Shown: piece after piece, positions 41,391 to 44,957 of the stretch
Layout: each line of letters opens with the position of its first letter
How positions within the stretch are numbered: the stretch's first letter is position 1
Assembly: GCA_964491365.1 (NCBI GenBank)
Contig: CAZBFU010000002.1
Location: 3,354-48,310 of the forward strand
Reading direction: 5' to 3'
DNA length: 44,957 nucleotides
From: an uncultured Pseudomonadales bacterium
Lineage (GTDB): Bacteria; Patescibacteriota; Microgenomatia; UBA1400; MFAQ01
Translations under genes and position numbers: made by a program
The notes under the pieces: generated by a model
Databases searched by the model: none
What the model saw: the letters and a program-made list of their open reading frames with translations, nothing else
What the model was told of the DNA's origin: nothing

Positions 41391-41882
41391 ATGAAACGTG
41401 GTTTTACGTTGATGGAACTTTTGATAACGGTGGCGATTATGGGAATACTTTCGACAGTCGGAGTGGGTGCTTTTATGACTTCATTTGGAAAAGCGCGTGA
41501 TGCCCAAAGAAAACAAGACTTGAATACCTTAGCAAAGGCGTTAGAGGTGTATGCCAGCGACTTTGAAAAATATCCTGATGATGACGGTAATGGTAAAGTG
41601 TTAGCTTGCGACCCTGCAGCAAACGGTTCGGTGTTAGCTTGTGATTGGGGTGAAGCCTTTGTGCTTCTTAAAAGTGGACAGCCAGTAAATTATTTAGACA
41701 AAATGCCAAATGATCCCATTGATGGGGTTAATTATTATTATCAGCTGGAAGCAGATGGTTCATTTTCTCTATATAGTGCGATGGAAAATACGCAAGATCC
41801 CTATTACAGTGTTTGGGGGATAAACTGTGGTGCCCTTGATTGTAACTATAAATTAACACCGGTTGGTCCAGATAAATTATGA
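41391..41882 (+). CDS. Type IV pilin / pseudopilin (GspG-like paralog 1)
   Basis: MKRG|FTLMELLITVAIMGILS prepilin signal followed by ARDAQRKQDL...AL..Y. Confidence 0.85.
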   Translation: MKRGFTLMELLITVAIMGILSTVGVGAFMTSFGKARDAQRKQDLNTLAKALEVYASDFEKYPDDDGNGKVLACDPAANGSVLACDWGEAFVLLKSGQPVNYLDKMPNDPIDGVNYYYQLEADGSFSLYSAMENTQDPYYSVWGINCGALDCNYKLTPVGPDKL

Positions 41883-42322
41883 GAAATAATAAAGGTTTTA
41901 CTCTGATTGAACTGGTGGTGGTGATGGGCATAATTGCCATTTTGACTGGTCTAGTCACATTTAACTTTCAACAAGCTAGAGGAAGGGCTCGAGACATTCA
42001 GAGAAAGAATGATTTGAAGGCAATGCAAAAAGCGTTAGAGTTATATAAAGGTGATCAAGATCCACAAGCTTACCCTGCTGGTGGAGGTGTTATCCATTCG
42101 ACTCTTAGTGCAACACTTGGAGCTACTGATAATTATTTAAAGAATTTGCCTGTGGATCCGCGTGAAAGTGCTTCAGATGGGTCTTGGGTAGATTACACTT
42201 ATACAAGAATAAGCGCAACAGAATATACCATGACTGCTTGTTTGGAAAATGTGAGTGATAGTGCTTGTGGAGCTACATGTAGTACTGGAAAAGGATGTGT
42301 TTATACTGAAACTCAACCATGA
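41879..42322 (+). CDS. Type IV pilin / pseudopilin (paralog 2)
   Basis: NKG|FTLIELVVVMGIIAIL signal. ATGA overlap with the upstream gene. C-terminus CVYTETQP. Confidence 0.85.
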   Translation: MRNNKGFTLIELVVVMGIIAILTGLVTFNFQQARGRARDIQRKNDLKAMQKALELYKGDQDPQAYPAGGGVIHSTLSATLGATDNYLKNLPVDPRESASDGSWVDYTYTRISATEYTMTACLENVSDSACGATCSTGKGCVYTETQP

Positions 42323-42732
42323 AGAACAATAAAGGGTTTACCCTAATCGAACTGATGACAGTGATGGCTATTGTGGCAGTCTTAGTGGGTTTAATTACGG
42401 TTAGTTTGTCTTCGTCTCAAGGGCGAGGTCGTGATTTGGAACGAAAGTCTGAAGTGAAGGCGATTCAAGACGCATTAGAGCAGTACTACGCAGCCAATGG
42501 ATTTGTCTATCCAAATGGTTCATGTAATTCAGGACTTGATAGTTACTTAAAAACTGTGTTTCCAACAGACCCAGATGGTAGCTCTTATATAGGTGCTAAT
42601 AGTTGTACTACAACAACTTATTGTATCTGTGGACGACTTGAAAGTGGGTCTGGTGGTAATACTCCACAAACAACCTGTGCTGACGGCTCTTGGGGATCTG
42701 GACAATATTATTGTGTAACAAACTTACAATGA
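42319..42732 (+). CDS. Type IV pilin / pseudopilin (paralog 3)
   Basis: NKG|FTLIELMTVMAIVAVL signal. ATGA overlap. C-terminus YYCVTNLQ. Confidence 0.85.
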   Translation: MKNNKGFTLIELMTVMAIVAVLVGLITVSLSSSQGRGRDLERKSEVKAIQDALEQYYAANGFVYPNGSCNSGLDSYLKTVFPTDPDGSSYIGANSCTTTTYCICGRLESGSGGNTPQTTCADGSWGSGQYYCVTNLQ

Positions 42733-43160
42733 AGACAAAACAAGGTTTCTCACTTTTGGAACTACTAGTGGTAATGGCCATCATTGGAGTGGTGTTGGCA
42801 ATTGGTATCGTTAATTTTTCATCGACTAATCAACGGTCAAGAGAGGCAAAAAGAAAAGCAGACATTGAAGTGATACGTTCTGGTTTGGAAATATATCGTT
42901 CTGAGAACGGGGCATATCCAACTACTGGACAATTTACTGTAGACGTGAATGGTTGTATCAACGCAACTACATTGACCAATGGAGCTGCTACATATGTTAG
43001 TAATGTGCCCACTGATCCAAAATTTAATTCTAGTACTGGCCAATGTTATATCTACACAAGGCCATCTACCACTACTTATAACCTTTCATACTTAATGGAA
43101 GTTTCTAGTGCTTGTACAGGTACCGTGTCAGGTTCTAGATGTGTGTACACTCAACCATGA
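42729..43160 (+). CDS. Type IV pilin / pseudopilin (paralog 4)
   Basis: MKTKQG|FSLLELLVVMAIIG signal starting at ATG 42729 (ATGA overlap). The upstream ATG at 42690 used by the ORF track is unlikely to be the real start. C-terminus RCVYTQP. Confidence 0.85.
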   Translation: MKTKQGFSLLELLVVMAIIGVVLAIGIVNFSSTNQRSREAKRKADIEVIRSGLEIYRSENGAYPTTGQFTVDVNGCINATTLTNGAATYVSNVPTDPKFNSSTGQCYIYTRPSTTTYNLSYLMEVSSACTGTVSGSRCVYTQP

Positions 43161-43621
43161 AACGCGGGTTTACCTTAGTTGAAGTAGTAATTACAATTTC
43201 AATTTTGTTGTTAATCATGGGGGGATCCATGAGTGCATTAGGTGCTTTTAAAGAAAGACGTGGTGCTCAGGCAGATGCATTAAAAGTGGCTGAAAAGCTT
43301 CGTTCTGCTCAAGTTCGCGCTAGTGCAGTAGAAGTACCTAGTGGATGTACAGGGGTAAGAAGTTATACAGTGAACATGTCAGGAGCGAATTTGACCGTGG
43401 TGGTGAGTTGTACATCAGGTGGTCCAATTACGTTAACCGAAATGGCAACTAGACTTGAGAATTCCGTTTTTACTCCAGTATCGAGTGTGGTTTTTAACTC
43501 ACCTACGGGTACTGCTAACCAAACAACTATCGGTGTGTGTAGCTCACCGACTCTATATGATGTTACTGTTTCAGGATCAGGTAATGTTTCACTACCTGTT
43601 TTGAATGCTTCAGGGTGCTAA
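43157..43621 (+). CDS. Minor pilin (GspH/FimT-like)
   Basis: MKRG|FTLVEVVITISILLL signal at ATG 43157 (ATGA overlap). The minor-pilin subclass is inferred from position only. Confidence 0.75.
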   Translation: MKRGFTLVEVVITISILLLIMGGSMSALGAFKERRGAQADALKVAEKLRSAQVRASAVEVPSGCTGVRSYTVNMSGANLTVVVSCTSGGPITLTEMATRLENSVFTPVSSVVFNSPTGTANQTTIGVCSSPTLYDVTVSGSGNVSLPVLNASGC

Positions 43622-44018
43622 ACTAATTTTAGTGACAAAAAGAAATGATAAAGGCCAAATGTTGGTTGAGGTAATGGTGGCATTAGGAATTATTACAACG
43701 GCTCTGGTATTTGCAGTGAGTGCCGCTACTCAATCACAAAGAAATGCAAGGTATGTACAGAATGAGATGGAGGCGAATAAACACGCTAATGCAGTAATTG
43801 AACGATTGCGAAATACCAAGGACTCGAATCCAGATAATTTTTTTTCAGCAGGTACTTGTGGTGCATGTAGCGGTGTACCAGCATTTTATAGTTGTAGTTT
43901 GAGTTGTACATTTGTGGGTGGAAACCGAGCAAATGTCACGGTAACTGTGAGCTGGGCAGAAGCAGGTTCTACACGAAGCGTTAGATTGCCTACGATATTG
44001 ACAAAATATGATAAGTAA
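43605..44018 (+). CDS. Minor pilin-like protein (PilV-like by position)
   Basis: Prepilin-like KG|QMLVEVMVALGIITTAL with Glu at +5. The start may instead be GTG 43632. Confidence 0.7.
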   Translation: MLQGAKLILVTKRNDKGQMLVEVMVALGIITTALVFAVSAATQSQRNARYVQNEMEANKHANAVIERLRNTKDSNPDNFFSAGTCGACSGVPAFYSCSLSCTFVGGNRANVTVTVSWAEAGSTRSVRLPTILTKYDK

Positions 44019-44559
44019 ACTGAATAAAGGACTTACTTTGATGGAACTTGTTATTGCGATATCAATTCTATCTATAATCTCTGGAAGTGGTGTGGCAATT
44101 TTTATGCGTACTATTAGAGCATCTTCGCAAGTTCAGCTACGTCGAAATTTAGACGAACGGGCTAGATTAATCTTGAATAACATGACTAACTTTTTTTATC
44201 CTACTCGAGTAATGAGTGCTGGAGGAGTAGATAGAGATACTTGCTTACTTTCTGGTACTGTGACGGCCAATAATGTAGTACTTCGAAATTATGACCAATT
44301 ACAAACGACTATCAGTATTAATGGATCTGGCCAGATTGCATCTACCTCAGGAGCTACGACAGTGATTGTTAACCCAGATGGAATAGTAAGCGTAACTGCT
44401 CACAATGGAGGCGACACGTATTTCGTCTGGACTTGTGGAAATGGAGTACCGGATAGACTTACCTTTAGATTTAGAGCTACTGTGGCTGGTGATCAAGGAG
44501 ATTCTGGATATTCGCAAGATTACTCAACAGACATCGTCTTGAGGAACTCAGGTAATTAA
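44008..44559 (+). CDS. Minor pilin-like protein (PilW-like by position)
   Basis: NKG|LTLMELVIAISILSII prepilin signal. Overlaps the upstream stop. Confidence 0.7.
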   Translation: MISKLNKGLTLMELVIAISILSIISGSGVAIFMRTIRASSQVQLRRNLDERARLILNNMTNFFYPTRVMSAGGVDRDTCLLSGTVTANNVVLRNYDQLQTTISINGSGQIASTSGATTVIVNPDGIVSVTAHNGGDTYFVWTCGNGVPDRLTFRFRATVAGDQGDSGYSQDYSTDIVLRNSGN

Positions 44560-44565
44560 CGCATA

Positions 44566-44957
44566 ATGAAAGAAAGTATGACACAAAGAGGTCAAGCTGG
44601 ATTATTGATGGTGATGGTGATGGCCGCTGTAGGTGTATTAGCGGTAGGGGTAGCGTCGCGTGGAGTGGAGACTTTAAGAACTCAGGATGTGGATAATGAC
44701 AGTTCTTTGGCGCGCCAAGCAGCCGAGGCTGGTCTTGACGTGGCTAGAAAGGATAAGGCTAACGCTACTGAAACTTTGACAGGATCAAGTAAGAATGTCA
44801 GTTTTAATGCCACTTATAACTCAGAAAATACACCACAAAGTCCTTTTGTAGAAGAAGGTGATGTGGCTCAGCTATTGCTCAGTGGTTATACTGGTACACT
44901 TTCGACAGTTACGATTTACTGGAATGAAACAGCAAATGTAGATCCTGGCTCCCCCGC
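44566..44957 (+). CDS. PilX-like pilus assembly protein, 5-prime partial (runs off the window end)
   Basis: Not in the ORF track because no stop is reached. My translation from ATG 44566 gives MKESMTQRGQAGLLMVMVMAAVGVLAVGVASRG...ARQAAEAGLD, which matches the PilX N-terminal pattern. Confidence 0.6.
   Translation, partial: MKESMTQRGQAGLLMVMVMAAVGVLAVGVASRGVETLRTQDVDNDSSLARQAAEAGLDVARKDKANATETLTGSSKNVSFNATYNSENTPQSPFVEEGDVAQLLLSGYTGTLSTVTIYWNETANVDPGSP

Overview
The window is a gene-dense, low-GC stretch of about 45 kb of bacterial chromosome. Many genes overlap at their start and stop codons (ATGA junctions). Most of it is housekeeping: rseP, HIT, rpsU, yqeY, ybeY, dnaX-ybaB-recR, cysS, ychF, rpsF-ssb-rpsR, ctp, htrA, prfA, rpmE, dnaB, tRNA-Leu, efp, lspA, rluA-family, kef, yebC, xerC/D, and holB-like-gyrB-ppaC-gyrA. 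From 35.7 kb to the window edge there is a complete-looking type IV pilus locus: pilB-pilT-pilC-pilin-pilD, then seven complete pilin or minor-pilin genes and an eighth, PilX-like one cut by the window edge. Several conserved proteins are unusually short, which together with the pilus locus fits a reduced-genome, possibly Patescibacteria/CPR-like organism. That placement is inference only. TGA acts as a stop codon here. I see no CRISPR array, transposase, phage module or recognisable multi-gene defence operon. Five things deserve a second look. (1) A GC-rich RNA island at 1-520 holds a compact tRNA-like gene with a UCA (UGA-reading) anticodon, a second tRNA-like gene with a malformed anticodon arm, and an unidentified structured RNA of about 230 nt ending in a strong terminator. 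(2) An orphan GHKL/MORC-like ATPase gene sits on the opposite strand at 6004-7740. (3) A 0.9 kb ORF-poor, repeat-rich intergenic region at 27696-28598 lies just upstream of the tyrosine recombinase gene. (4) The EamA transporter gene is frameshifted in an A5 run. (5) The pilus locus carries tandem paralogous pilins. All RNA folds and protein family calls were made by eye from sequence motifs and need computational confirmation.
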